DNA of 63,735 bases, counting the filler, from Aduncisulcus paluster (Eukaryota), in assembly GCA_024181965.1 (NCBI GenBank). It is 16 parts of 16 records of this genome, joined end to end, with 100 filler letters (N's around TTAATTAATTAA, not from the genome) between each part and the next. Parts side by side here need not be neighbours in the genome. Positions count along the whole stretch, not along the records: positions 26,402 to 40,365 come from BQXS01009772.1; positions 40,466 to 42,122 come from BQXS01009773.1; positions 42,223 to 43,731 come from BQXS01009774.1; positions 43,832 to 51,796 come from BQXS01009775.1; 12 more parts are not named here. One strand, written 5' to 3'. The translations under genes and the position numbers were made by a program. The notes under the pieces are model-generated. The model worked only from the letters and a program-made list of their open reading frames with translations. It was not told the DNA's origin and ran no database searches. Below, in pieces: positions 35,548-48,271 of the stretch (positions within the stretch are counted from its first letter, which is position 1; every line of letters starts with the position of its first letter).

Positions 35548-38500
35548 ATGGATGAATGTAAAGCTAAACCTTTCGAAATACTTTATTTTGATGCATTGAT
35601 AACTTCTATAAAAAGGACAACCAGGAAGAATGAATTGATGGATCTTTACAAAAAATCATGTCCTCATATTAGACTTATTTTTGACCAATACACTTCTTCC
35701 CCATCAATTATCATATCCAATATTGATCTTTTTGAGCTTTGTTTCGAATGTTTATCGTTGTTCGTGAAGCATTATATTAGAAAAGGAGATAGAAGTGCTA
35801 TTGAGATTATTCTGGATAGTTCTTCCATCAAGGATATTATTGACTCTTTCTTGCCTTCAATGATCCGAGTTGAAAGTATTCTGAGAGTGAAAAAAGATGA
35901 TGACAAAGAAGAAGGTGGAACTGCTGAATTTGGGGTGAATTCCATTTCAATGCTGTTGTTTAGGATGCTTTCTGTCTCTAGATTTCATGTTAAATCCCTT
36001 TGTGTTTCTATTTTCCCACAAATCTCTTCAGTTCTCTCCAAGATGATATCTCTTGGCCTATCCAAGAAATTTGAAGATTCTTTTATTGAGGATATTCTAA
36101 AAACATGTCGGGCAATTGCATTTGCCACAGATGATCCCACCAAGAACTCTCTTTTATCCCTTCTTCTCCCTCATATCTTACCTTGGATGAAGAAGTATCC
36201 TGACAAGAAGTTCTTTTTCTTGTGGACAAACATCTTGAAGAATATTACACTCGATGAAGATAACATTCAACCTCATAAATATCGGTCCTCACAACTCTGG
36301 TTTGTCTTCCATCCTGTTTTGGATGTAATTAAGGATACTTCTTCCAAAGATATCACATTTAATGATGATGCTGTAATTCGTTGTTTAGATTTCTTCGCTA
36401 ACTTGAGTTGCATTCCTTCCCAAGCCATTGAAGTACATGATTGTGTTAAAAATGGTCTTCTTGATAGTTGGTTTGAGATGATAAAGAAGAAGAGTGAAGA
36501 AGGGAAAGATGATGGTAATTGGGGAACTAAATATTGGTTAAGATTTATCTCCATTCTCTCCGCCATTCCATGTCTCGTTCCTCATTTATCTCCCAAATAG
36601 GCCAATGTGGACTGGTGCAAGAATCATGGGGGTTCGAATGTTGATTATAAAATATATCTTGGTAATTGTTATCCATTTCTGATGAAATGGTCAGAATTGG
36701 TTGAAAATATTGAACAATGTCCTGACTCAGAATCAACTTCCAAACTCTATCATAAACATCGAGACGATCTTCTTTCTGTGTTCTTTGCATCCCAATCAAA
36801 GAGCGAAATTGAAGAACATTTCTATATATTGAGAAAGTGTTATAGGTGTTTATGGTTGTTTATTCAACATGAGCATTGGGATGGTTCGATTGTCATCTAC
36901 CTCCCTATTCCTGATCTGAATGATCTCATTGATACCTTCATTGATCATCTATCAAGAATTCAATCAATGTCAGAAAAATCATTTGATGATGAATATTGTA
37001 TGATTTGCATGGAATATTCTTTTCTCAACAAATACGATACTTTCTTGCCCAAGATTATTGAGACTTTCAATCGGATTTTTGAGAGAATTCTAAAAATAGA
37101 ACCATCGAAAGGAGAAAGTGAAGAAGACGAAAAAGAAAGAAAAGGAGAAACAAAATCCAGACAACAAGATTGTTACGTATTTGATTCTAATTCTTCACCT
37201 TGGTTTTGTTGTGAATATAGTGATCAGACAATTCTGATTTGTATGTTAAATACTCTTCGAAACATTTCGAATTCCTTCTCCTTTCAAGTTAAACATACTC
37301 TCATTTCTCTCTTTAGAGAATATATGCCTTTCTGGTGTCGAATATTGGCATGTCAAATCAAAGGGATGAAAATGGTAAAAAGTTCGTTTTTATCTGCGTG
37401 TTGTGTAATTTTATCGAGAGTAACTTGGTCAAATGAAGATAATCTCCCCAACAAATCTCTCTGTTCTGAAGCTTGGCCTCTTTTCCACCCTGTTCTTGAT
37501 ATTGTTAAGAGAGAGTTTGTTGGGGATAAGATTGTTGAGGATGATCATGAATATGTTATACAATTCTTCTCTAATTTATGTTGTGACCCATTACATGTCC
37601 TTGAAGTTCATGAAAATGTTGAAGATCTTCTTGATGAATGGTATTTAACGATTGATACAATCAAGAAGAGGAGGAAAAGGAAGAATCGAGTGCAAAGAAC
37701 AGTATTATCCAGAATTATAAAGAATTGGTGTCAATTCATTTCAATTTTGTCCTCTAATGAATCAATTATCCCCCTTTTATCTCCCAAATATGATGCTATG
37801 ATTGGGTCTTTGTTTTGTCAAAGTGTTCCCAAAACTCCGATGATGATCTATTCATATATCACGAGTTCACAGGAAGAGAAATTTTATGAAATTACATCTG
37901 AATTTTCCAATTATACTTCGAATGTTTGTGAATATATTATTAAATCATCTATTTTGCCCGAACTTTTTCATACTATTCCAATAATTACTTTTGTTCCCAC
38001 CATAGAGATCGTATCACAATATTTTGAATCAACAAGCCCTAAAAATGTTGCAACTGTCCGAATTATTGGAATGAAACTAACAATAATTTATGCAGTTGGT
38101 GCACAGGAAACAAAACAAACCTTTTGGCATTCTACTTTATCGTCAGATGAAATTATAGCTATTAATGAATGTGATATCATAAAAGCCGGTGAATATTGCT
38201 ATAGTGATTTTAAAGGAGTCGAAAAACGAAGATATGGCACCCTTGGCACAAATGATTCTCTACTCCATTCTCAAAGGAATCGGCGACACATCACACACTC
38301 TCCTCTCATCCAATACTCCCCACCGCAATATTTGCTTGTCAAGATGTCATTTGATGAGGAAAGATCTTTGAGACAATCCGTGTATGATCTGATTGAATGC
38401 ACAGGTGGGGGTGTTGAAACTTTGTTTGAACAAGAATCATTTTCATTTGAAGGGTATGATCAACTTTACTGGAGGGAAGGAATGGAAGATTTTGATGAAG

Positions 38501-38568
38501 AGGAAGAAGAATATGAGGAATCTGACAATTCATTTCTTGGTATGTTTCAAGAGGAATTCACATGTTAA
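35548..38568 (+). pseudogene. Helical repeat family protein (paralog of 8041-11234) with in-frame TAG at 36598-36600
   Basis: ORFs 35548-36600 and 36607-38568 share a frame. LSPK*ANVDWCK aligns with LSPKFDDNMEWC and LSPKYDANMLWC in the paralog. Confidence 0.7.
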
Positions 38569-40465
38569 TTTGAACTCATTCATATCCTTTCGATGAATAT
38601 TGTGATAGAAATACATCATACATTACTACCGCGATCATAATTATATTGAGTGTTTCTATAATACATGTCGTTACGTTATATTGCCATTTCAGTTAATCGT
38701 ACATACAATCCTTATTTTGACATCTAATGGTTACACCAAAGGATAACTTCCGCAATATCCACTCTCAAAACCGACATGTGAAGATAAGATCAGGAAGCTG
38801 CCTCCAGTATTGTAATTGAGATTGAGCATAATTATTTAGAATCCAAGGAATATTGGGGCTCCAAAATGGCAAAGGTTCAAACATCTCCACTGGAGTCGTG
38901 GCACGAGAGGAAAAGGGATTATTCAACTGTGATGAGACAGATTCTTCGAGATCATCACCCTGTTTAAACACTGTTTACAATTGATAATGGTGTTATACGA
39001 GATTTATAGGACGAAGCAGATTCTTGCCGCGGCGCTAAATTTTTAGATTTCCTTCCTGGATATTTTAAGTAATATTATGATAAAAAATAATTTTAAACCT
39101 AATTTATTCTGTTTTTATCAATAAAAACTTCGATTCCAACAAAATTTATGCATTATTCAATGTTTCAGCCCTTTCAGTTTTTTTTTGTAAGAATATACAA
39201 TATTATTCAAAGTAATTACATCAAATGAATTCCTACTGATCGTTGCTTCCTGAAATATTACATCCCAAACAACGAATTCCGATGTTTTATGCTCTTTCTT
39301 GGAGTGAATATTTTATCAATGAGAATAAGAGTATAAAACATGATAAAAGATCGAATTTCATGTCAAAAACATCTCGTGGAGCAAATGTCGTGATTTTATT
39401 GTTTGGATTCAACTCTTTATTCTGTTCTTTCATTTCTTCTTCATTGTGGCAACTTCTTAATAATATTTTTTCCAATATTCCTGGAATATCACGATACAAA
39501 CTTAGTTTAAACTAATTGCAATTCGAAGTTCATGTCGTTATTCCCTCTACTGCTTGTTATTGTGGGTCAATGATATCTGTTTGGATCTCGAACTTTTTGA
39601 CACATTCTTGTTCTTTTTATTGACATAAAACTGAACTTAAATGTTTGATATTTGCCATACTACTCCCTATAATACTGCTATGAATTTAAAACACTCAACT
39701 TTCTGGTTCTTTTCGTTGATCCTGGTTTACACCCATTGTCTCTGAAAATAACTGACAAATTGACCCAACTGCCCCTCGCTTAACTCATTTGAATCTCGAA
39801 TAACATATCAATTGAACCAGTCGAACCAATCTATGTCACATCTTATATCTTATATTTTGGATGATGATTCGTGATATTTCCTTTTGCTTCCGTTCGTTGG
39901 TTCCCTCTTTTGCCGAATTCAAGCTTTTCTCTTCTCCTTGACCATAAGAAGAGAACTACTAGAACTGGTCTATTCTTTTTATTATTGATTTCACCAATCT
40001 CCCATCTATGAGTAAAATCCCCCCCTTTTACCCCCATCCGTGGGGGTCCCCCCTGTACGGTGGTTGCACTGTACATTTCTTTATTATATTTTTTTCCAAA
40101 AAAACAAACAAAAAAAAATACAAACTTTCCACCGGCGGTGGCTGAGAAAAGTGGGGGAACCTCTACCAAAAATTTCGTTTAATTTTAGTACTATATTGAT
40201 GGAAACTCATCAACTGTGTGGGATTTGTGATGTGCAATATATTCATGGAGTTAACAAACTCATTTTCTAATACAATAGAACAGTTCCACCGGAACCTGAT
40301 CAGTGACAGACGGTACTCTCGTTGTTGCATGGACACATGGGAAAGTGTTGCAATTATTTTTGATGNNNNNNNNNNNNNNNNNNNNNNNNNNNNNNNNNNN
40401 NNNNNNNNNTTAATTAATTAANNNNNNNNNNNNNNNNNNNNNNNNNNNNNNNNNNNNNNNNNNNN

Positions 40466-41090
40466 TACATACGTTTTTAGAGATCTAATATAATCTTGGA
40501 TTTCTTTGTCTAACAATCTTGCTGCAACAGGAACAGGTAAGGCTTCATCTATACACTTTGAAACAACCAACTCTTTAAAAATTCTACGTTTTCCGATGTC
40601 TTCTTTCTCTCTTTCTTCTTTATCCTTTTGAATATCAGCCATGAGATTTCCAAGATGTGTTTGAGACGTAAGGTGGTCAACAACAGAAAGAATTGATATT
40701 AATCGTGTATCACACTCCATGCATCTATAAATACCATCAGAGCATTCCCGGAAATGTTGATGAACATCATCTAGAATTATCTTCTCCACATCTTGCTTTT
40801 TTACACCTTGTTGAAATTTTGCAGTAGCTTTATATTTCCTCCACATTTTCTTACCTTTTGGTTTTTTAGAAATATATGATGCTATTTGTTTTTGTAATTC
40901 CATTATCAATTACCAAAAACACCAATTTTGATTCAAATATATTTTCAGGACAAATTTTGGGTTTTTGAATATTTCAAACCCAAAATTTCAATTTAAGATG
41001 AAAAGTAGATATTCTTTTTATTATACTTTTTTAATTTTATCCGAGTCAAAAAAGGCTCGTAACCCTTGGTAATCGGGGTTAAATCCCCTA
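40466..41090 (-). mobile_element. Probable hAT/CGGBP1-like DNA transposon left end with N-terminal zinc-finger ORF (40903-40466)
   Basis: CMEC-x10-DHLTSQTH C2H2 finger. Upstream TAGGGGATTTAACCCCG at 41090 resembles a hAT TIR. No DDE domain is visible because the contig ends. Confidence 0.4.
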
Positions 41091-41271
41091 GATGATGTCT
41101 CCCTAAAATTATATCCGGACATCAATAAAACACAAATTAATATTTAAAAATTTCCACGAAAATTAAAAAAATAGGTAACAGTATACGTAATTACTACGTC
41201 AAAGAAAAATTTTTCTGTGAGACTGTGCTAAATTTATTGTTTCTTGGAATCCTTACATTAATCTCACTATT

Positions 41272-42122
41272 TTAGGACCTGGCGGATCCACTATCCTTGA
41301 GACCACTGCTTTATTGGACTCAGGTGCCACTACCAACTTTATTTCGAGTGATCTGATGGCTGAGCTGTCGATCGACTATTTCATGATGACGAAGAGTGTC
41401 CGGTCAACCATTTCTCTTGCTGATGGAACTCAACTGACCTCAGACACTGAAATGTCCGTTCGTGCGCAGATCTCAAAGCCGGGAGCGTCTACTTGCTACG
41501 CAGTAGTGACAAATCTGGTATTGAAGACGATTGCGCTGGACAAGGATGATGTTCCAATCATCATTGGTTACCCGACTATTAGAGATCTCGATCTCTTACA
41601 TCTATTATCCCAGGAACACCCAGAAGAAGATGACCCTGATGTTTTTAGTGAGCTGAGTGATGGTGAACTCGCAGATTGTAAGGTTGCCACGCACCTACTT
41701 CCGAGAGTAACTCCTCTTCTTACTAAGTATCTCTCAGACTTCAAGCGAAGGCCCGACACTGTGGCAGATGTGGAGCCCTTTTCCATCCGGCTTATTCAAG
41801 GAGAATCCTTTGCTCTGAGAAGTGCTCGAAGGCTTAATCCGAAGACCAGAGCGTTCCTCAATGAGGAGGTTCGAAGACTGTTGGAGGAGAAAAAGATTGT
41901 GAAGAGCAAGAGTCCATTTTACTCCCCTGTGGTAGTAGTACCAAAGAAAAATGGACAAAATAGACTCTGTATCGACTTTAGAACCCTTAATAAGATCACT
42001 GTTCCTTATCGCTTTCCTCTACCCCGGATTGATGAAGAACTGGATAGCATTCATGGAAATGTTGTCTTTGGGTGCTTAGATCTGTCGAACGGCTTTCATC
42101 TGGTCCCTATCGAACCTCTATC
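41272..42122 (+). mobile_element. pol: Ty3/Gypsy pol fragment: protease + reverse transcriptase N-half
   Basis: LLDSGA, IIIGYP, SPFYSPVVVVPKKNG..RLCIDFRTLN, FPLPRIDE and LDLSNGFH. Confidence 0.92.
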
Positions 42123-42222
42123 NNNNNNNNNNNNNNNNNNNNNNNNNNNNNNNNNNNNNNNNNNNNTTAATTAATTAANNNNNNNNNNNNNNNNNNNNNN
42201 NNNNNNNNNNNNNNNNNNNNNN

Positions 42223-43131
42223 TTGTTTACAACGGAAACATTTTACCTTAGAAAGGTCTCTTTGAACCCGGTTCATGGGGGCTCCAGCCGAAGAACAAGA
42301 AGAAGTAGACACTCGAGGCTTGGCTGTAGTAGTAGCTCGTGGAGCAGTATAATGGGGCTTGTCTAGGGAAGCAGCTCGTTTGACAGGAGTCAGGTATCTT
42401 TGGAACTCCTCTATTCCTTCTTTAACAATGCTCTGCTGGGCGAAAATAGTGGAGGTTAGTTCAGACATCGTCGGACTCGGTTTACCATCTAAAGCAGCTT
42501 CTACACGGGTTCTAAAGGAGTTCAGTTCGATCCCCTTAAGGAAGTACTTCAGTAATAGTTCGTTGGAGGGAGTTTCGTCATCTGCGACCCTTCGAAGGAT
42601 CTTCCTGAATCCTCTGACATAAATGGCGACCGCTTTCTCTGAAACGTCCTTTAAAGACAGTTTTTCGAACTGATAGAGTGCATCCAATCCAGAAAGGGAG
42701 CCAAAATGAGCCGTTACGCCTTTCATAAAAGCATCTTCGGATCTGCGTGCCTCGTCTTCATTCATTGATTCTGGATTTGGCAGCGTTACGGAGCAAACAT
42801 CTTGGTAGATTGAAAGCACATCCAAATCGATGAGGGAATAAACTCGAGCCTTGCCACCTTGAGCCCTGTAGTGCTCGAGGGCAGCATCGAATTTAGCAAA
42901 ATCTCGGGACGAAAATAGTCCCAGAAAGGGGGGTTTTAATAGATCAGGCATAGGGATTAAGATCTTAATGTACTAGCTGAGCAAATTTACTTGAAAAAAG
43001 GATGAACCGTGTAATCTAAAAATAGACTTCGAAAATTACAAAGAACAAGGAAATAAAATTAAAATAAGATAAAAATAATACAATTCAGAATAAAATATCA
43101 CAATTGCTATATTTTATTCTGAGCCAATACA
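42223..43131 (-). mobile_element. gag: Ty3/Gypsy-like element C: putative 5' LTR (43131-42969) and gag (ATG 42951); 3' partial
   Basis: Gag-like helical ORF with YFLKGI and knuckle start KCFRCKQ. TGTA..TACA termini; the TG end coincides with the break in the adjacent RNase H. Confidence 0.75.
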
Positions 43132-43731
43132 ATGGCATCGGAGCAATATTGCTTCAGAGGGACTCTGAGGGCATCTCAAGACCTCTAGCGTTCATATCTA
43201 AAATATTAAACTCAACTCAGTTGCGTTGGTCCACATATGAGAAAGAAGCGTGGTCCATTGTTTTCGCTGTTCATAAACTGGACTATTTTCTCGGGGTAAA
43301 CACTTTGTGTTACATACCGACCATCGAAACTTAACATTCCTGAAAAGCTCCCCAAATGCTAAAGTTGGCCGTTGGTTTCTAACTTTGTCTGAATATTCTT
43401 ATGACATTAAGCATATCCAAGGAACCAGGAATGGAGCAGCGGATTGTTTGTCACGTTTACCGGTCAATCGAGGTCCCTTCAAGAACATTCGACTGTCTCA
43501 AATTAAGGATGACGGGTTGTTTAGAGAATTGAAGGATCTACAGAAGAAGATTCCGCCTGAAAAGAAGCTGGAGACATCAGAGGATGGGCTCTTAATTAAG
43601 GAATCCGGGGAGTTATATATCCCAGAAGACCCCGATTTTCGTACAAAGTTATTGACATGGGGGCACTCTAGTTTGCTCGCGGGGCACAAAGGGATAAATT
43701 CGACCTTAAAATTCCTTAAAAGAAATCGAAT
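43132..43731 (+). mobile_element. pol: Ty3/Gypsy pol fragment: RNase H + integrase zinc-finger start, frameshifted at ~43297
   Basis: GIGAILLQ, PLAFISK.L, WSTYEKEA, HTDHRNL, RW...LSEY, N.AAD.LSR and H....GHKG. Confidence 0.92.
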
Positions 43732-43831
43732 NNNNNNNNNNNNNNNNNNNNNNNNNNNNNNNNNNNNNNNNNNNNTTAATTAATTAANNNNNNNNNNNNN
43801 NNNNNNNNNNNNNNNNNNNNNNNNNNNNNNN

Positions 43832-44140
43832 GTGTCAGATGGTGAGGAAATTTCTCCTGACATCTTTGAGCAGATGATCACAATGATGCTCGAATACCCA
43901 AAGGGTTCTCAGATGCTCAAGAACATCGTGCAGTTCGCAAAACAATTCGTTGATAAGGTAGAACACATGGATATCCAAGAAACTCATGCAGATGAAATGG
44001 ATTGCGACGACAAGGAGAAAGAGATTATCGATGTTGATGATGTCAAGTTCGAAGAGGAGGAGAGCGAGGAAGATGACGAAGAAGTCGATGAAGAGCTTGA
44101 CGAAGAAGATGAGGAAGAAGAAGAGGAAGAGGAAGAATGA
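43832..44140 (+). CDS. C-terminal fragment with acidic tail
   Basis: Open from the contig edge; Asp/Glu tract, TGA stop, AT-rich flank. Confidence 0.55.
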   Translation: MSDGEEISPDIFEQMITMMLEYPKGSQMLKNIVQFAKQFVDKVEHMDIQETHADEMDCDDKEKEIIDVDDVKFEEEESEEDDEEVDEELDEEDEEEEEEEEE

Positions 44141-44830
44141 AGAACACGATGAAAGATTCGACAAGATTTCGATTTGTTGCTATATTGAGTGTTACAATCA
44201 TATAGAATTGACTGAATGATATTAAATGTAATGTCATTTTAATAAAATCAAATTTAATAGAGTAACCAAGTTGAATAAGCCAGATATCAAAAAAAAAAAA
44301 TTTCTATCATGGTGGGAATACAAACAAGAATAATTGATATAGACAGTAGTTATTCAAATAATAGCATTGTTTTTAACATATATAGACAAAAAAAATAGAA
44401 TCAAGCATGTTCTGGCATGAAACGTGGGAAATATCTCTAGGGGGTCTGTTTGTAATAATAAATAGAAATAATACAAAATTACATAAACTAATTAGAGATT
44501 AAACAGTAGAATCCAATAAAAAATGACATATAGTTCAATAGATGTCATCAAAACAAAATTTGTTTAACCGATAGGAATTATTTACTACTACTAGTAATGT
44601 TATAGTATAACATTCGAAGCTATGTTTTTAATGTAGGAAATCCCTTGAAAAACATACTATATAAGCCAATGAATTTAATGCATGTTGAAGGTAGAAGGTT
44701 GCCAGTGGGAATCACTATTTTTAAATACAGTATATTTAAAAACTTGAAATAGATGAAGATTAGTACCTAAATCGTGAAACCTAAACTAAAAATAGAAACC
44801 AAAACATGAGAAAAAAGAAATGAAAATGAA

Positions 44831-47653
44831 TTATAAACGCTTAAGCCTTTTCTTTGAAGGGGCTTTCTTCAATTGGCTCATCGTTTGCAGTGTTTGTTCT
44901 AACAACTCGATGGCTGATGAGGTTTTGAGAGTTCCTTTAGTGGAAGAAGAGGTTTTCTTTGTCTTCTTGTCTTCTTCGCCCTCTTCTTTCCCTTCTTTCT
45001 CTTCTTCTTTCTCAGGCTCACTTGTGAGAGAAGGAGTAATGTCTTTTTTTGGAGATCCGTGGCTGGCTGCATCTTTTCTCCCTTCAAATTGCTCACTCAG
45101 CTGTTTAAGATAGGCGTCTCTCTCGGACAGACGCGATTCAAGGTCAATGATATTCATCTTGGCCTTTTGAAGGTCTTCTTGTAACGAGCGGATTAGAGCA
45201 TCGCCAGACAAACTCTTCTGATGTTTCTCCTCATTGTCTCGGGTTAATTTCTTGCATTTCTGTTCAGAAAGCTCACACTTGGTTTTGTAATCAAGGAGAG
45301 ATCTCTTCGCAGCTTCAAGTTCTTTCTCTAGTTGGACTGACCTCTCCTTGATTTTATCGTGATCATCCTTCATTGCATCTGATGCCTCCTGTTTCAACTT
45401 TTCAATATCACACTTGTATTCCTTGGTGATTCTCTCCAATTCATCCTTGAGATCATTCATTTCTCTCTCGACAGCCTTGGCTTTCTTGTCAGCAGCAACT
45501 CTCTGTCTTTCAAGATCGGTGATAATCTCTTCCTTGGCTTTTATCTCCTCCGATCGGTCACTCTTGATGATCTTCAGGTTCAGGTTTGACAACTCAACTT
45601 GAGCCCGCTTGAGAGCATTCTTCTTCTTTGTAATGTACTGCTGGAGCGATTCCATGGATTTAACTTCAGGGTCTATCCTTGAAAAGCCAGAAAGAGTGCT
45701 CTTATGGAAATCAACAGAAGTTCTGAAATCCTTGATCAAGGCAAGGATACACTCTGCAAACTCATCCAGAATAGGTTCAAGTCCCGTCTTTCTCTCCTTT
45801 TTCACCCTTTCATTGTGTTTTTTCCACTCATCTTCTATGTCTTCACGTATTCTTAGTTCAGGATACGCCAAAGATATATTTGAACGCATCAACTCAACCT
45901 TTTTGATAATGTTTTCATTCAATATATCAACATCCCTACGGGAACGACTGGTTTCTTCTGCTTGCCGGTACATTGCTACAGCCACAGAGCACATATAATT
46001 AGCAATGGATTCGATGGAATCATTGGGGATTTCCTCACTATACTCTTTAACACGCTCCTCGGACATCATACTGGGCGCTAACTCCTTGCATTGGCTTACC
46101 AAGGAGTCCAAGAACTGCTTTTCTGTCCTTATCTTCAAAGATTCCTTCAGACTAGCAGAGGTTGCAAAAAGGGGTGGAGCACGACTTTGACTTATTGTTG
46201 AAGATCGCACAACGACAGGCATGTCCATCTCACAGTGTCCATCAGCAATGTCACAGAGATGGGTTACATTCATGAGGGCTGGTTCAACATAATCGGAAGG
46301 CGGGGAGAAGATCGCAGATGAGATGGCTTTTGGACAGACACATCCGCAACTGTGTTCACCAGGAATAGAGACACACCAATGGCAGATTGAGTGGAACATG
46401 AAGGGAAGACAGAATAGAGCAAGACCGTTGGATGGACCTGCGTGGTTGGGGTATTTTTCAATGAGACGACAGTACATTTCCTTCGTTAGCTTTAAGGGTT
46501 CAAAGTCTTTGCCAGTCTTGTGATTCTCCTTGACGTAGTCCGCAATATATCCCAAAAAATGGTCAAAAGAATTCAAGGAACCCTTCAGAGCACTCAAATC
46601 GATCTTAGTTAACTCCTGATGGCCCATGAGACCTTTGATATTCTCAGCACCTGCAAAGTCAATAAAAGTCGCGTATGAGTCTGGAATTTCCTTTTGTTTC
46701 TCGTGATGGCACCTCAGAGTGATCACAAAATGACTACGAGATGATTCACTATTCCAGAAAGTACTATTGGATAATCTTTGGCTAATTGGACCATCAATGA
46801 TTGTTTGAGCCGTTCTTTTTGATATAGGATGGAACGAAAGCTTCTCAGTAACATGATGAGGGTATAATAACGGGGCACGTTTATCCCATGAAAATCTGGT
46901 TCTTTTCCTGTCCGATCCAATCATATCCGATAAAAAGGACCCTGTGGAATTCGGAATCATCTGTCCAATACTAATTTGAAGGTCTAAATCTTCGATATCA
47001 AATTCCCATTCATCACAAGCACAAAAAAGACTTCTCATAAAAGAAGGAAAGACTCCATCGTTAGAAATAGCTATTTTGGGATCGGTTATCTCTTTTTCTC
47101 CGGTGAAATCAACACCTTTCTTGAATCCAGCAGTGGTTGTTTTACCTCCACCAGTGGGACCAATATGACCGAAAAATACATTATTTCCGTGCAAAAAAAA
47201 TGAAACTTTTTCATTAATTTTACATGATGACACTAATTCTTTTACACAACTTGTTTCTTTAAGCGTCGATGGAGTGTGGGGGAAAAACACACCATCACAT
47301 GGAAGCTCACGACTTTCATCGTAGGAAGAAGGCTTCATTAATGGAACTTGGCGGAGTCTATGATCATCAATTTTATGAATTGAAAAAAATTGCTGGTTAT
47401 CTCTAACAGTAGTAGTGCAGAAAAGGTCTCCTTTTGTGAGACTCTTCTCGTGTTGCTCTGTAGCACGAATACAATATTTTTCGGAAATGTCTGACAGTTT
47501 GTTACGCATAAGTTGAGCCTTTTTTGATGTCTTGTGGGTAAGTGGAATATCATAGTATGTATCGACAATCTTTTTGGAGACAGATCCACGAAGAGGGGGT
47601 CTGGCACAGACATATACATTAAATTGTGGGTTATCGCCAGGAATATGAACCAT
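44831..47653 (-). CDS. Divergent kinesin: N-terminal motor + coiled-coil stalk
   Basis: P-loop GPTGGGKT, switch I NSESSRSH, switch II IDFAGAE, and a long C-terminal heptad region. Confidence 0.85.
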   Translation of the reverse strand: MVHIPGDNPQFNVYVCARPPLRGSVSKKIVDTYYDIPLTHKTSKKAQLMRNKLSDISEKYCIRATEQHEKSLTKGDLFCTTTVRDNQQFFSIHKIDDHRLRQVPLMKPSSYDESRELPCDGVFFPHTPSTLKETSCVKELVSSCKINEKVSFFLHGNNVFFGHIGPTGGGKTTTAGFKKGVDFTGEKEITDPKIAISNDGVFPSFMRSLFCACDEWEFDIEDLDLQISIGQMIPNSTGSFLSDMIGSDRKRTRFSWDKRAPLLYPHHVTEKLSFHPISKRTAQTIIDGPISQRLSNSTFWNSESSRSHFVITLRCHHEKQKEIPDSYATFIDFAGAENIKGLMGHQELTKIDLSALKGSLNSFDHFLGYIADYVKENHKTGKDFEPLKLTKEMYCRLIEKYPNHAGPSNGLALFCLPFMFHSICHWCVSIPGEHSCGCVCPKAISSAIFSPPSDYVEPALMNVTHLCDIADGHCEMDMPVVVRSSTISQSRAPPLFATSASLKESLKIRTEKQFLDSLVSQCKELAPSMMSEERVKEYSEEIPNDSIESIANYMCSVAVAMYRQAEETSRSRRDVDILNENIIKKVELMRSNISLAYPELRIREDIEDEWKKHNERVKKERKTGLEPILDEFAECILALIKDFRTSVDFHKSTLSGFSRIDPEVKSMESLQQYITKKKNALKRAQVELSNLNLKIIKSDRSEEIKAKEEIITDLERQRVAADKKAKAVEREMNDLKDELERITKEYKCDIEKLKQEASDAMKDDHDKIKERSVQLEKELEAAKRSLLDYKTKCELSEQKCKKLTRDNEEKHQKSLSGDALIRSLQEDLQKAKMNIIDLESRLSERDAYLKQLSEQFEGRKDAASHGSPKKDITPSLTSEPEKEEEKEGKEEGEEDKKTKKTSSSTKGTLKTSSAIELLEQTLQTMSQLKKAPSKKRLKRL

Positions 47654-48271
47654 ATGATTCAGAAAGGTTATCTAATGTGAGCAAGAAAAGAAAATCTGAG
47701 GAGTCCCAGCCTTGAAATGATCTCCTCACAAAAGAGAATGTAATCTTCTTCAAATTATCAATAGATATGTATGGAATTCAAAATAAGAAGTATATATTTT
47801 TGTGAATTGGAAATGATGCTCATTCGCTGAGTTTTGGCCAGAATATTAAGTTGATGATAAGGGTGGATTTAAATTATTTTGGTTGAGCGAGTTATTATAT
47901 GATAATATCATATTTTTTATCATGAAGTGGAGTTGAACAAACAGTCCTACATCAACCTTTGTAGGTTTTAAGTTGAAAAGTCACAATACCATGGATTTTA
48001 TTCCGGGTGTCTTGTCAGCATCAGCCTGGGGTCACACCCCTTGTGCTCGAAAGGGCTACATATCTAGTGATGGACNNNNNNNNNNNNNNNNNNNNTATGG
48101 AATTCAAAATAAGAAGTATATATTTTTGTGAATTGGAAATGATGCTCATTCGCTGAGTTTTGGCCAGAATATTAAGTTGATGATAAGGGTGGATTTAAAT
48201 TATTTTGGTTGAGCGAGTTATTATATGATAATATCATATTTTTTATCATGAAGTGGAGTTGAACAAACAGT

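Noticed and set aside
36598-36600. TAG reassigned to Gln as in hexamitid diplomonads
   Set aside because: The lysozyme ends at TAG at its expected C-terminus, other genes end in TAA, and long conserved genes contain no internal TAR codons.
38830-39030. Decayed Mutator-like transposase (QTSPLESWH)
   Set aside because: One short motif in a stop-ridden frame is insufficient.
41272-43731. One retrotransposon with an inverted gag between RT and RNase H
   Set aside because: A contig linker at 42123-42222 separates the parts, so the adjacency is artificial.
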